Shown: one piece after another, positions 1 to 11,264 of the stretch
Numbering within the stretch: the first letter of the stretch is position 1
Layout: each line of letters starts with the position of its first letter
Source of the DNA: an uncultured Gemmatimonadales bacterium
GTDB taxonomy: Bacteria > Gemmatimonadota > Gemmatimonadetes > Gemmatimonadales > GWC2-71-9
Reading direction: 5' to 3'
NCBI GenBank assembly: GCA_963748815.1
Contig: CAVVKJ010000019.1
Coordinates: 1-64,000 of the forward strand
DNA: 64,000 bases
Made by a program: the position numbers and the translations under genes
Notes under the pieces: model-generated
Databases searched by the model: none
What the model was told of the DNA's origin: nothing
Seen by the model: only the letters and a program-made list of their open reading frames with translations

Positions 1-227
1 CGCCCGACGGCAAGACCTTCGTGATGGTGCGCCTGAACCCGGCGTCCCGGATCATGGTCCTCCAGAACCTGCCCGGGTTGGTGGCAACACTGCGGGGAAA
101 CACTCCGCCCTCCCCCATATCTCGCGGTATCATAAAGGGTTATCCCTTATCGACTCTCGCGTCTCCCGGCCCCGGCTTTCGCCGGGGCAGGGTCGCCGTT
201 CATTGGCGGATTCCGGCACGCGAATGA
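1..227 (+). CDS. C-terminal fragment of a kinase/PD40 beta-propeller family protein (5' truncated by window)
   Basis: Frame from nt 3 reads PDGKTFVMVR...IMVLQNLPGLVATLRG, matching paralog C-termini (PDGQSFVFVR...VVYLQNLKGL at 5574). True stop probably earlier than 227. Confidence 0.6.
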   Translation, partial: PDGKTFVMVRLNPASRIMVLQNLPGLVATLRGNTPPSPISRGIIKGYPLSTLASPGPGFRRGRVAVHWRIPARE

Positions 228-230
228 CGA
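161..230. repeat. Degenerate GTCA-type REP-like nested palindrome
   Basis: CCCCGGCTTTCGCCGGGGCAGGGTCGCCG...GGATTCCGGC...GAATGAC is a degraded copy of 5631-5710. Confidence 0.7.
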
Positions 231-251
231 TTTTCGCGACTGGACGGTAAT

Positions 252-2974
252 TTGACTCCACGCTTCCCCGCCTGACCGAGGCCCTGTCCGACCGCTACCG
301 CCTCGAGCGCGAGCTCGGCCAGGGCGGCATGGCCACCGTGTACCTGGCCCAGGACATCAAGCACGACCGCAAGGTCGCCATCAAGGTGCTGCGGCCCGAG
401 CTGGCGGCGGTCATCGGCGCCGAGCGCTTCCTGAGTGAAATCAAGACAACGGCGAATCTTCAACATCCTCACATTCTCCCGTTACACGACAGCGGGGAAG
501 CGGGGACGCGGGGAAGCGGGAGGAACATTCCTCTACTACGTCATGCCGTACGTCGAGGGCGAGACGGTCCGCGACCGGATCAGCCGCGAGAAGCAGCTCC
601 CGGTGGACGACGCGGTCCGCATCACCACCGAGGTAGCCGCCGCGCTGGACTATGCGCACCGCCACGGCGTCATCCACCGCGATATCAAGCCCGAGAACAT
701 CCTGCTGCACGATGGCAGCGCCCTCGTCGCGGACTTCGGCATCGCGCTGGCGGTGAGCACCGCCGGCACCCGGATGACCGAGACCGGCATGTCCCTCGGC
801 ACGCCGCACTACATGAGCCCCGAGCAGGCCATGGGAGAGCGCGAGATCACCGCCCGCAGCGACGTGTACGCTCTGGGCTGCGTGCTCTACGAGATGCTCA
901 CCGGCGACCCGCCGTTCACCGGCAGCACCGCACAGGCCATCGTCGCGCGGGTCGTCACCGAGAATCCCGCGGCCGATGGTCCCCCAGCGCGGGACCATCC
1001 CGCTCCATGTCGAAGCCGCGGTCCTGACCTCGCTGCAGAAGCTGCCCGGCCGACCGCTTCAAGACCGCGGCGGAGTTTGCCGAGGCGCTGACCGACAAGA
1101 GCTACACCTCCGCAACCACGGTGCTGATGCCCGCAATGCGGGGCCAGGGACGGCTCTCCCGCTTTGCCGCCCCGCTGGCCGTCCTCGCGGCGATCGCCAC
1201 GATCGCGGCGCTCTGGGGATGGTTCCGCCCCGAGCAACCTCGGGCCGTCGCCCGGTTTGGACTGGGATTCCCCGAAGGCCAGGCGCCGACTCTCCAGATG
1301 GCACTCTCACCCGACGGGGCGCGCCTGGTGTACGAGGGCCCCGCGGCGGACGGGCAGGACCAACTCTGGGTCAAGGAACGGTCCCAGTACGCCGCCACGC
1401 CCCTCGCGGGAACGAGCACCGCTGCCTCGCCGACGTTCTCCCCCGATGGGCAGTGGATCGCGTTCGACCAGGCCGGGCAGCTGCGAAAGATTCCTGTCGG
1501 CGGAGGGGCGGTCATCACGGTGGCGGATTCGACGCTCTTTCCGCTCGCGGCCTGGCTCGACGACCGCACCCTGGTCTACTCGCGCCCGGACTTCACCCTG
1601 GTCAGGGTCTCGGAGGCGGGCGGGGCGACGACCGTCGTGTGGCGAACGCCGGACTCCCTGCTGACAGCAGCGCGCACCCGTGTTCCCCACGCGCCCTTCC
1701 GGGAGCGCGGGGCGTGCTGTTCTCGATGTGCACCGCCAACTGTGCACAATCCGAACTCTGGGTGCTCGACCTGAACTCGGGCGACGCCCACATGCTCGTG
1801 CCCAATGCACTGCAGGGGTGGTATCTCCCCACTGGGCACGTCGCGTATGCGCGCACAGACGGGAGCGTCCTGGCCGCCCCCTTCGACCTGAAGCGACTCG
1901 AGCTGCGTGGCCCGGCCGTCCCGGTCCTGGACAATGTGGCCCTGCTCTTCGGCGTCTTCCCGAACCTGACGTTCAGCACCACCGGCATCATGGTCATGCA
2001 GGTGGGGAGCGGGCGGCGGGGAGATCCCGCTGTATGAGATGGCCTGGATCGACCGGACCGGTCGAGTGACCGCGCTCGACTCCAGCTGGAGCTTCCGCCA
2101 CTCCCTGTCCAACGGACAACGTCGGCTGGTCGCTCTCCCCTGACGGAAGGCGGCTCGCCATCGGGCTCAACACCAACTCCGGCGACGACATCTGGATCAA
2201 GGAACTGCCGACCGGGCCGCTCTCCCGGCTCGACCTTCGACAGCACCTCCGAGGCCAGCGTCCGCGCTGGACGCCGGACGGGAAGTCGGTCACCTATATC
2301 GTGGACGGGCGCAGCCTCCCTCCGCCAGCGTCCCGCCGACGGCACCGGCCAGGCGCAAGTCCTCGATCGAGACCCCGAACCTAGAGCTCCTCGAAGGCGC
2401 CTGGTCGCGCGGACGGTAAATGGCTGCTGCTGCGCGTCGGCGGCAATGGTGCCACCAAGCTGCGCAACATCCTCGCCTTCCGCCCCGGCGTGGACAGCGC
2501 ACCGCAGGAACTGCTCGCCAGCTCCCAGGCCGACGAGTCGGCACCGGCACTCTCCCCGGACGGGAAGTGGCTGGCCTACGCCTCCGACGAGACCGGACAG
2601 AACGGAGGTGTACATCCGCCCCTTCCCCAACGTGGACGACGGGAAGTGGCAGGTCTCGACCAGCGGCGCCCAGGCTCCGCTCTGGGCCCACAGCGGCCGG
2701 GAGCTCTTCTACGTCGACGCCGACCGCAACATGATGGTGGTGCCGGTGCCGGCGGCGGGGCCGTCGCAGATGGGTGCACGCACCAAGCTCTTCACCCTCG
2801 GGAACGATATTCTATTGCATCCGAACGAGTGGTATACCCCCTTCGACATCTCGCCGGACGACAAGCGCTTCCTGATGTCCCGCCTGGTGTCCGCCGGCGC
2901 ACGCCGAGGCCCCGACCTTCCTGCTGGTCGAGAACTGGTTCGAGGAGGTCAAGGCGAAGGTGGGTGAAAAGTGA
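252..2974 (+). CDS. Ser/Thr protein kinase-TM-TolB/PD40 beta-propeller K1 (several frameshifts)
   Basis: GQGGMATVY, VAIK, HRDIKPEN, DFG, GTPHYMSPE; TM LAVLAAIATIAALWGW; SPDG repeats. Pieced from ORFs 329, 435, 976, 1121, 2446, 2490; TGA at 2972-2974 overlaps the next GTG. Confidence 0.85.
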
Positions 2975-5574
2975 GTACCTCCCCTCTTCCCCGCCTTTCC
3001 GCCGCGTTGTCCGACCGCTACCGCCTCGAGCGCGAACTCGGGCAGGGCGGCATGGCCACCGTGTACCTGGCGCAGGACATCCGGCACAACCGCCGGGTGG
3101 CGGTCAAGGTGCTGCAGGCCCGAACTCGCCGCCGTGATCGGCGCCGAGCGGTTCCTCTCCGAGATCACCACGACCGCCAATCTGCAGCATCCGCACATTC
3201 TGCCCGCTCTTCGACAGCGGCGAGGCCGACGGCTTCCTCTTCTACGTCATGCCGTATGTCGAGGGCGAGACGGTCCGCGACCGGATCAGCCGCGAGAAGC
3301 AGCTCCCGGTGGACGACGCGGTGCGAATCACCACCGAAGTGGCCGCCGCGCTCGACTACGCCCACCGCCACGGGGTCATCCACCGCGACATCAAGCCGGA
3401 GAACATCCTGCTGCACGACGGCAGCGCGCTGGTGGCCGACTTCGGGATTGCGCTGGCCGTGAGCACCGCCGGCTCTCGCATGACCGAGACCGGCATGAGT
3501 CTCGGCACGCCGCACTACATGAGCCCCGAACAGGCCATGGGCGAGCGGGAAATCACCGCGCGTTCCGACGTGTACGCCCTCGGCTGCGTGCTCTACGAGA
3601 TGCTGACGGGGGACCCGCCGTTCACCGGCTCGACCGCGCAGGCCATCGTCGCCCGCGTCGTCACCGAGAACCCACGATCGATGATCCCGCAGCGCGGGAC
3701 AATTCCACCGCATGTCGAAGCGGCGGTGCTGACCTCGCTGCAGAAGCTGCCGGCCGACCGGTTCAAGACCGCCGCGGAATTCTCCAGCGCGCTGGCCGAC
3801 CGGCAGTACACCTCCTCGGCGACCATCGCGATGCCTCGGCGCCGGGCCGCCGCGCAGCCGGGCCGCCTCGATCGGACCGTGGGCACTCGCCGGCGTCACG
3901 CTGATCGCCGGGCTCGGCATCGGCGCCAAGGCCTTCGCGCCACCGGTCGAGGTGCGACCGCTCCGGCTCTCGGTGCCCGTTCCGGCGGAATCGCCACCGG
4001 TCGCCCTCCGACTCTCGCCCGACGGCGGAACGCTGGCCTATGTCATCGGACTGGGAGATCGGCTCGCCATCTACACCCGCCCCCTCGACGGACTGCAGGC
4101 CAGGCGGCTCGAGGGGACCGATGACGCCTTCACGGTCAGCTTCTCTCCCGACGGTCAGACCATCGCGTTCATCGGTACCAGTGGCGGGGCGCGGAAGATT
4201 CCCGTTGCGGGCGGTGCCTCCATCGCCATTCCGCTCGAAAACGGAGCCAGTGTCACGGCGCTCGAGTTCGCCGGCCCCGATCATTTCATCGTCTCCTCCC
4301 AGGGAAACCTCGCCACCCTCGCCCCGAACGGCGTGCTGACGCGGTTCGCCGTGCCTGACTCGTTCACGCGCAATACCGCCTGGACCCTCGACCAGGTCCT
4401 CCCCAATGGGTGGGCGCTCGCCCGGTACTGGCAATCGCCGCCCACGGGACCGGTGGTGGCGGTCGACCCCGCCACCGGGCAACGCGTGCGGTTGATCGAC
4501 GGCAACATTTCCTGGGCGGGGTACGCCGACGGCACGCTGGTGTGGGCGCTCCCCGACGGGACCCTCTTCGCCGCGCCGTGGGACCCCAATGACAGGAAGC
4601 CGCCGGGCCCGGGAACGCCACTCGGCGCCACCGTGCTCTCCATCCTCGGTTTCCTTCCCCCGGTGACCGCGTCATCCGGAGGGCTGGCATACGTCCCGAC
4701 CGAGCCGCGCGCACTGGTGCGCGTGGACCGCTCCGGGCAAGTCCACCGTGCTGCTCGGCACCGACCGGACCTATCACAATCCGCGGGTGTCACCCGATGG
4801 CCGGCGCCTCTCGCTGGACTTTACCGACCAGGAGCGGGACGTCTGGCTCTTCGACCTCGCCGACTCCACCCTCACTCGCTTCGGGTTCGACTCCACCGCG
4901 CACGACGCCGAGTGGTGCCGGACGGGAGCGGGCTGCTGTTCGCCGTGGTCCGGAACGGGATCATCGGCGAATACGGCCGCAGGTTCGACAAGGGGGGCCG
5001 GGCGGATTCGGTGTTCATGGGGCCGGAACAGCTCTCGATTCACTCGATCACCCGCGACCAGCGCACCGGCATCGGTGTCGTCATCGAAGGCTCCACCTTC
5101 GACATCGTCTCCGTTCCGCTTGACGGCCAGGGCCAGCTCGACACGCTCCTGGGGACGCGCTACTCGGAGGGGTGGCCGGCACTCTCCCCCGATGAACACT
5201 GGTTCGCCTACCAGTCGGATGAGTCGGGTCGAATGGAGGTGTACCTCCGCGCCTGGCCCAGCCTCGGCTCGAAGGTGCAGGTGTCGCAGAACGGCGGCAC
5301 GGAGCCGGTCTGGTCCCGCGACGGCAAGGAGCTCTTCTATCGCTCCGGCGGCGGCGCCGAGCCGAAGCTGGTGTCGGCGGTGATCGTCGGAGGACGGGTG
5401 CAGTCCCGCACCGAGCTCTTCAGCGTCGGCCGGTACGAGTTCTCCACGCCGCACCGGAACTACGACGTCTTTCCCGATGGCCAGTCGTTCGTCTTCGTCC
5501 GACAGGGCACGCCGGGGCAGAAGGCCGAGGTGGTATACCTGCAGAATTTGAAGGGGTTGATGGCCGCCAAGTGA
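2971..5574 (+). CDS. Ser/Thr protein kinase-TM-PD40 beta-propeller K2 (frameshifted)
   Basis: Kinase motifs in ORFs 2971/3134/3249; propeller in 3952/4748 (ALSPDEHWFAYQSDESGRMEVY, PVWSRDGKELFY). Confidence 0.85.
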
Positions 5575-5630
5575 CGCTGGCCCTCGCCTCGCTTTGACCG
5601 TATTCTGATGTGAGCGAAAGCTTCCCGGCC

Positions 5631-5710
5631 GTCACCCCGGCCCCCGGCTTTCGCCGGGGCAGGGTCGCCGGGGTCCATTGAATCTGGATTCCGGCGTTCG
5701 CCGGAATGAC
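5631..5710. repeat. GTCA-type REP-like doublet with nested palindrome
   Basis: GTCACCCCGG[CCCCCGGCTTTCGCCGGGG CAGGGTCG]CCGGGGTCCA then TGGATTCCGGCGTTCGCCGGAATGAC; 5631-5677 is the exact reverse complement of 39805-39851. Confidence 0.9.
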
Positions 5711-5736
5711 GATCATATCCTAGACCGGACGCAAAT

Positions 5737-8397
5737 GTGACTTCCGCGCTTCCCCGCCTCGCCGCCGCCCTCGCCGACCGCTACCGCATCGAGCGGGAGC
5801 TCGGGCAGGGCGGCATGGCCACGGTGTACCTGGCCGAGGACCTGAAGCACGACCGCAAGGTTGCGCTCAAGGTGCTCAAGCCGGAGCTCGCTGCCGTCAT
5901 CGGCGCCGATCGGTTCGTGGTCGAAATCAAGACGACCGCCAGCCTGCAGCATCCACACATCCTGCCCCTCTTCGATTCCGGCACCGCCGACGGCTTCCTC
6001 TTCTACGTCATGCCGTTCATCGATGGCGAGACTCTGCGGAGCAAGCTGGACCGTGAAACGCAGCTCGGCATCGACGAAGCGGTCAAGATCACCATCGCTG
6101 TTGCGGACGCCCTCGACTACGCCCACCGCCACGGGGTGGTCCATCGGGACATCAAGCCGGAAAACATCCTGCTCCACGACGGTCGTCCAATGGTGGCCGA
6201 TTTCGGGATCGCGCTCGCCCTGAGCGCCGCGGCCGGTGGGCGGATGACCGAAACCGGCATGTCGCTCGGCACACCGCACTACATGAGCCCCGAGCAGGCC
6301 ACCGCCGAGAAGGAAATCACCGCGCGGTCCGATGTGTACTCCCTTGGCAGCGTGCTCTACGAGATGCTGACGGGGAATCCTCCACACACCGGCGCCTCGG
6401 CACAACAGATCATCATGAAAATCGTGACGGAGGAGGCCGCGCCCGTCACGAAGTTGCGCAAGGCCGTGCCGGCGAATGTGGCGGCGGCGGTGGCCAAGTC
6501 GCTCGAGAAGCTCCCCGCCGACCGGTTCGCGTCGGCTGCGGAGTTTGGTGCCGCACTCGCAGACTCAAACTACGTCGACAGGACGACGGTGATGATGGCA
6601 GCGGCAACGGGGCGCGGACGTTTTTCCGGCCTCGCTGCCCCGCTGGCCGTCCTCGCCACGATCGCCACGATCGCCGCGCTGTGGGGCTGGCTCCGGCCGG
6701 CCCCGCCGCGCCCCACGCTGCGCTACACGATGGTGCTTCCCGAGGGGAAGGAGCTCTCGACCGACCGCGGCACCCGCTTCGCCATTTCGCCTGACGGCTC
6801 GAAGATCGTGTACGCCGGGCAGGGGCCCGAGGGCACCCAGCTCTACCTCCTCGACCGGAGCCGGGTCGAGCCCACGCCGCTCTCCGGCACCGATGGCGCC
6901 ATCGTGCCGTTCTTCTCCCCCGATGGACGGCAGGTCGGGTTCATGCTCCAGGGGAATGGCGCAATCAAGGTGATGCCGCTGAGCGGGGCGCCACCGATGA
7001 TGATCGCCGATTCGGGCCTCGGTGCCGACGGGGCCACCTGGAGCGCCGACGGCTACATCTACTTCGACGGACTCACCGGCGGCGGCACCACCGGGCTCGT
7101 CCGGGTGCCCGCATCGGGCGGGCGGCTGGAACAGGTGACCGCGGTGGACACCGCCAACGCCGAGCAGGATCATTTCTGGCCAGTGGCGATCCCCGGCGGA
7201 CGCGGGGTGCTCTTCACCGTGCAGTACCGGAGCGCCCGGCAGGCGAGCAACATCGCCGTCTTCGACCCCAAGTCGAAGACATATCACACGCTGGTGCAAG
7301 GGCTCACCGCCCGCTACGCCCCGACCGGCCACCTCATCTATGTCTCGGGGTCGGGTGACCTCTTCGCGGTCCCGTTCGATCTCAAGCGGCTGCAGGTCAC
7401 TGGCCAGCCGGTGGCCTTGACCAACAAGGTTGCCGGTCGGGCCTTCGGGGCGGTGGACCTCGCCCTCTCGACCTCCGGCACCCTGATGTACCAAGTCGGA
7501 GAGGTCAACACCGAACCGGCGACGGTCGCCTACGTGACCCGCGACGGGCGCTTCACCCCGGTGGATTCCGGCTGGACCGGCGGCTTCCAGACGCTCGCCC
7601 TCTCCCCCGACGGCAAACAGCTCGCCGTCAGCATCGTGGCCACCGGCGAGCAGCAGGTCTGGATCAAGCAGCTGCCCGACGGCCCGCTGAGCAAGCTCAC
7701 CTTCGACGGCCAGTTCAACACCCGGCCCACCTGGCACCCCGACGGCCAGACGGTCGGGTTCACGAGCTCGGCGCTGGCCTTCGCCGCCGTGCGGGCCGAC
7801 GGGAGCGCCCAGCCCACGGTCCTGGTGACGGACACCACCCGCAGCGGGGTCCAGGAAGCGGTCTGGTCGAAGGACGGCACGTGGATTGTCTACCGGACCA
7901 CCAGCCGGGACATCCTGGCCCGGCGGACCACGGGCGACACCACGGCGGTGTCCCTGCTCCAGACACCAACCTTTCAGGAGATCGAGCCGACCCTGAGCCC
8001 GGACGGCCAGTGGCTGGCCTACGCCTCCAACGAGAGCGGACGCTTCGAGATCTACGTCCGGCCGTTTCCAGGCACCGACCGCGCCAAGTGGCAGGTCTCC
8101 ACCGACGGCGCCACCGACCCGCTCTGGTCGCGCAGCGGACGCGAGCTCTTCTTCTTCGCCAACACCGGGATGGTGACCTCCGTTGAGATCCTCCCGGGCA
8201 CCACCTTCACCATGGGCAGGCGCACCCCGCTCTTCGTCGCCAGCCAGACCGCCGGCGGCCCCCACACCTGGGACATCACCCCCGACGACCAGCGCTTTGT
8301 CGTGATCCAGCTGGCCGGGGCCGGGGACACCCAGAACCGCGAACTGATGGTGGTGGAGAACTTCTTTCCAGAACTTCGGTCCAAGAAGCAACCATAG
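5737..8397 (+). CDS. Ser/Thr protein kinase-TM-PD40 beta-propeller K3 (intact, 886 aa)
   Basis: Complete Hanks motifs, TM helix, repeated SPDG/WSxDG blades, LSPDGQWLAYASNESGRFEIYVRPFP. Confidence 0.95.
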   Translation: MTSALPRLAAALADRYRIERELGQGGMATVYLAEDLKHDRKVALKVLKPELAAVIGADRFVVEIKTTASLQHPHILPLFDSGTADGFLFYVMPFIDGETLRSKLDRETQLGIDEAVKITIAVADALDYAHRHGVVHRDIKPENILLHDGRPMVADFGIALALSAAAGGRMTETGMSLGTPHYMSPEQATAEKEITARSDVYSLGSVLYEMLTGNPPHTGASAQQIIMKIVTEEAAPVTKLRKAVPANVAAAVAKSLEKLPADRFASAAEFGAALADSNYVDRTTVMMAAATGRGRFSGLAAPLAVLATIATIAALWGWLRPAPPRPTLRYTMVLPEGKELSTDRGTRFAISPDGSKIVYAGQGPEGTQLYLLDRSRVEPTPLSGTDGAIVPFFSPDGRQVGFMLQGNGAIKVMPLSGAPPMMIADSGLGADGATWSADGYIYFDGLTGGGTTGLVRVPASGGRLEQVTAVDTANAEQDHFWPVAIPGGRGVLFTVQYRSARQASNIAVFDPKSKTYHTLVQGLTARYAPTGHLIYVSGSGDLFAVPFDLKRLQVTGQPVALTNKVAGRAFGAVDLALSTSGTLMYQVGEVNTEPATVAYVTRDGRFTPVDSGWTGGFQTLALSPDGKQLAVSIVATGEQQVWIKQLPDGPLSKLTFDGQFNTRPTWHPDGQTVGFTSSALAFAAVRADGSAQPTVLVTDTTRSGVQEAVWSKDGTWIVYRTTSRDILARRTTGDTTAVSLLQTPTFQEIEPTLSPDGQWLAYASNESGRFEIYVRPFPGTDRAKWQVSTDGATDPLWSRSGRELFFFANTGMVTSVEILPGTTFTMGRRTPLFVASQTAGGPHTWDITPDDQRFVVIQLAGAGDTQNRELMVVENFFPELRSKKQP

Positions 8398-8444
8398 ATC
8401 GCGCACTACTCGAAGGATTGCGCCCTCACCAGAGGATTGACCGT

Positions 8445-10730
8445 ATGACAATGCAATTCGTCCGCCGGAGCGGCCTCGCCCTCCTCACCCTGGCTACCGC
8501 ATTCACTGCCCTGCCCCTCTCGGCGCAGGTGCCGGAAGCCACCCAGGCGGCACTCAAGCAAATCTTCGCCTCCCGCTACTACGCCCCTGACCGGTTCGGG
8601 CCGGCGCGGTGGATCGAGGACGGCAAGGCCTACACCACCCTGGAGAAGTCCGAGGTGACGAAAGGCGGCTTCGACATCGTCCGGTACGACTCGAAATCCG
8701 GCGCGCGCAGCATCCTGATTCCCGCCGCGTCGTTCATCGCCCCGGGCGACACCGTGCCGCTCTCGGTCGACAACTACATCTGGTCGCCCGACGCTTCCCG
8801 GCTCATGATCTTCACCAACACCGAAAAGGTCTGGCGGCAGAACACCCGCGGCGACTACTGGGTGCTCGACCGCGCCACCGGCTCGCTCCGCCAGCTCGGC
8901 GGCAAGGGCGCCCCGCCGTCGCTGATGATGTACGCCAAGTTCTCTCCGCAGGGCGACCGGGTCGCCTTCGTCCGCAAGGGCGACATCTACGTCGAGCAGC
9001 TGTCGGACGGGGCCATCACCCGGCTCACCACCGGCGCCGACTCGCTGCACGTCAACGGGATGAGCGACTGGGTGTACGAGGAGGAGTTCGGCGTGCGCGA
9101 CGGCTTCCGCTGGTCCCCCGACGGGACCAAGATCGCGTACTATCACTTCGACATGACCGGCGTCGGCACCTTCCTGATGATCAACGACACCGATTCGCTC
9201 TACCCCTTCGTCATCCCCATTCAGTATCCGAAGGTGGGCACCACCAACTCCGCCGTCACCGCGGGCGTGGTGAGCGCCGGCGGCGGGCCGACCACCTGGT
9301 TCCAGCTTCCTGGCGACCCGCGCGAGGACTACATCCCGTATCTGGAGTGGGCCGGCAAGGACTCGGTGCTGGTGCAGCGAATGAACCGGTGGCAGAACAA
9401 CGACGCCCTGATCCTGGTCAGCGCCGCCACCGGCGGTACCCGCACGATGATGACGGAGACCGACCAGGCCTGGCTCGACGTCATCGACGACATCTACTGG
9501 CTCAAGGGTGACAAGGAGTTCGTCTGGCTGAGCGAGCGGGACGGCTGGCGGCATGCCTATGCCATTTCCCGCGCCACCGGTTCAGCGCGCCTCATCACCC
9601 CCGGTGACTTCGACGTGATGAGCATTGCGCTGGTGGACAGCAAAGGCGGCTGGCTCTACTACAACGCGTCACCGACCAACGCCACGCAACTGTATCTCTG
9701 GCGCACCCGGATCGACGGCAAGGGGACGGCCGAGCGGCTCACCCCGATGAACCAGCCCGGCGGCCACCGGTACACCATCTCGCCGGATGCGAAGTATGCC
9801 TTCCACTCCTGGTCCAGCTTCGACACGCCGGGCCCGACCGAGCTGGTGAGTCTCCCGAAGCACGGCGTGGAGCGCACCCTCGCCGCCAACACCGAGCTCG
9901 TCGCCCGCGCCAAGGCGGCCATTACCCGGCCCGGTGAGTTCTTCCAGGTCAAGATCGCCGACGGCTCGACCCTCGACGGCTGGATGATCAAGCCGAAGGA
10001 CTTCGACCCGAGCAAGCGGTACCCGATGCTGATGTACGTGTACGGCGAGCCGGCGGGAGCGACGGTCCAGGATTCCTGGGGTGGCAGCAACCGGCTCTGG
10101 TACCAGACGCTCGCCGACCAGGGATACCTCGTGGCCAGCGTGGACAACATGGGCACGCCCGCGCCGAAGGGACGCGCCTGGCGCAAGGCGGTCTACGAGC
10201 AGATTGGCGTCCTCTCCAGCATGCAGCAGGCGCAGGCGGTGCAGGCCATCGCCCGCACCCGCCCGTACGTCGACTCCACGCGGGTCGGCATCTGGGGGTG
10301 GAGCGGCGGCGGGTCATCGACGCTGCAGGCGATGTTCCGGTATCCGGAGGTCTATTCGATGGGGATGGCCGTGGCGCCGGTGCCTGACCAGCGGCTCTAC
10401 GACACCATCTACCAGGAGCGCTACATGGGGCTCCTCGGCCCCAACGCCGAGAAGTACGACTCCGCCTCGCCGGTCCACCAGGCCAAGGGCCTGGAGGGAC
10501 ACCTGCTCATCGTCCACGGCTCGGGCGACGACAACGTGCACTACCAAGGCACCGAGCGGATGATCAACGAGCTGGTCAAGCTCAACAAGCCGGTGGACGT
10601 GATGGTGTATCCAAACCGCAGCCACTCCATCCGCGAGGGCCAGGGCACTACGCTGCACATCTACTCGCTGCTGACCCGGTACCTCATGCAGAACCTGCCG
10701 GCGGGATCGAACTACAGGCCGACGCCGTGA
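8445..10730 (+). CDS. Dipeptidyl peptidase IV, S9B family, secreted
   Basis: Signal peptide, DWVYEEE, YPKVG, GIWGWSGGG nucleophile motif, HGSGDDNVH, YPNRSH. Confidence 0.95.
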   Translation: MTMQFVRRSGLALLTLATAFTALPLSAQVPEATQAALKQIFASRYYAPDRFGPARWIEDGKAYTTLEKSEVTKGGFDIVRYDSKSGARSILIPAASFIAPGDTVPLSVDNYIWSPDASRLMIFTNTEKVWRQNTRGDYWVLDRATGSLRQLGGKGAPPSLMMYAKFSPQGDRVAFVRKGDIYVEQLSDGAITRLTTGADSLHVNGMSDWVYEEEFGVRDGFRWSPDGTKIAYYHFDMTGVGTFLMINDTDSLYPFVIPIQYPKVGTTNSAVTAGVVSAGGGPTTWFQLPGDPREDYIPYLEWAGKDSVLVQRMNRWQNNDALILVSAATGGTRTMMTETDQAWLDVIDDIYWLKGDKEFVWLSERDGWRHAYAISRATGSARLITPGDFDVMSIALVDSKGGWLYYNASPTNATQLYLWRTRIDGKGTAERLTPMNQPGGHRYTISPDAKYAFHSWSSFDTPGPTELVSLPKHGVERTLAANTELVARAKAAITRPGEFFQVKIADGSTLDGWMIKPKDFDPSKRYPMLMYVYGEPAGATVQDSWGGSNRLWYQTLADQGYLVASVDNMGTPAPKGRAWRKAVYEQIGVLSSMQQAQAVQAIARTRPYVDSTRVGIWGWSGGGSSTLQAMFRYPEVYSMGMAVAPVPDQRLYDTIYQERYMGLLGPNAEKYDSASPVHQAKGLEGHLLIVHGSGDDNVHYQGTERMINELVKLNKPVDVMVYPNRSHSIREGQGTTLHIYSLLTRYLMQNLPAGSNYRPTP

Positions 10731-10740
10731 CGCCGATAGC

Positions 10741-10784
10741 GCGTCCCCCCTCTCCATATCATGGAGGGGGGGACAGGGGGTGAG
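10741..10784 (+). repeat. CCCCCTCTCC-hairpin element (family PLS)
   Basis: GCGTCCCCCCTCTCCATATCATGGAGGGGGGGACAGGGGGTGAG; other copies at 37241, 39671, 45988, 58921. Confidence 0.9.
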
Positions 10785-11144
10785 ATGAAACAAGTCGGCG
10801 GCGTCGCAACACTGCTCCTCGTGACTCAGCTCCTGGGCGCCTGCTCCATGTGGGTGCCCACGACCACTCCGCTCCCGACGCTCGTGGCGGAGCAGCATCC
10901 GTCGAAGGTGCGACTGGGGCTGCAGGACGGCACGCACGCCGATATCAAGTGGCCGGTGATGGTTGGGGATTCGATGGTGGGGAGCGATTCCACTGCGGTA
11001 CAGCCGGTGCGCGTGCGGGAGGTGGCGACCGTCAAGCTGCAGGAGTTCAGCCTGATCAAGACGATCGTGCTGGCTATTACAGTCCCCGCGGCCGCGCTCG
11101 TAATCCTCTGCGAAATCAGCGGCGGGTGTTACGTGGGCGATTGA
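10785..11144 (+). CDS. Putative lipoprotein, hypothetical
   Basis: Hydrophobic leader with LGAC lipobox; C-terminal hydrophobic segment. Confidence 0.6.
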   Translation: MKQVGGVATLLLVTQLLGACSMWVPTTTPLPTLVAEQHPSKVRLGLQDGTHADIKWPVMVGDSMVGSDSTAVQPVRVREVATVKLQEFSLIKTIVLAITVPAAALVILCEISGGCYVGD

Positions 11145-11177
11145 CCGCGTAGGATACAACCAAACTTCCGTTGCGGC

Positions 11178-11242
11178 CTTTGCGTCTCTTTGCGCCTTCG
11201 CGGTGAAAAGCTCTAACCGCAAAGACGCTAAGAAGCGCAAAG
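11178..11242. repeat. Inverted pair of CGC(A/G)AAG-type short repeats
   Basis: CTTTGCGTCTCTTTGCGCCTTCGCGGT ... ACCGCAAAGACGCTAAGAAGCGCAAAG; a diverged relative of the (CGCGAAGN)n family. Confidence 0.7.
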
Positions 11243-11264
11243 AACACTCAGAAGTGAGTGTTCT
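11241..11264. terminator. Hairpin between convergent genes
   Basis: AGAACACTCA-GAAG-TGAGTGTTCT, perfect 10-bp stem abutting the MFS stop. Confidence 0.55.

Noticed and set aside
252..5574. Programmed frameshifting or true pseudogenisation of K1/K2
   Set aside because: Indels are dense and also hit unrelated genes (chaA, decarboxylase, MFS) without in-frame stop decay; sequencing error is the simpler explanation.
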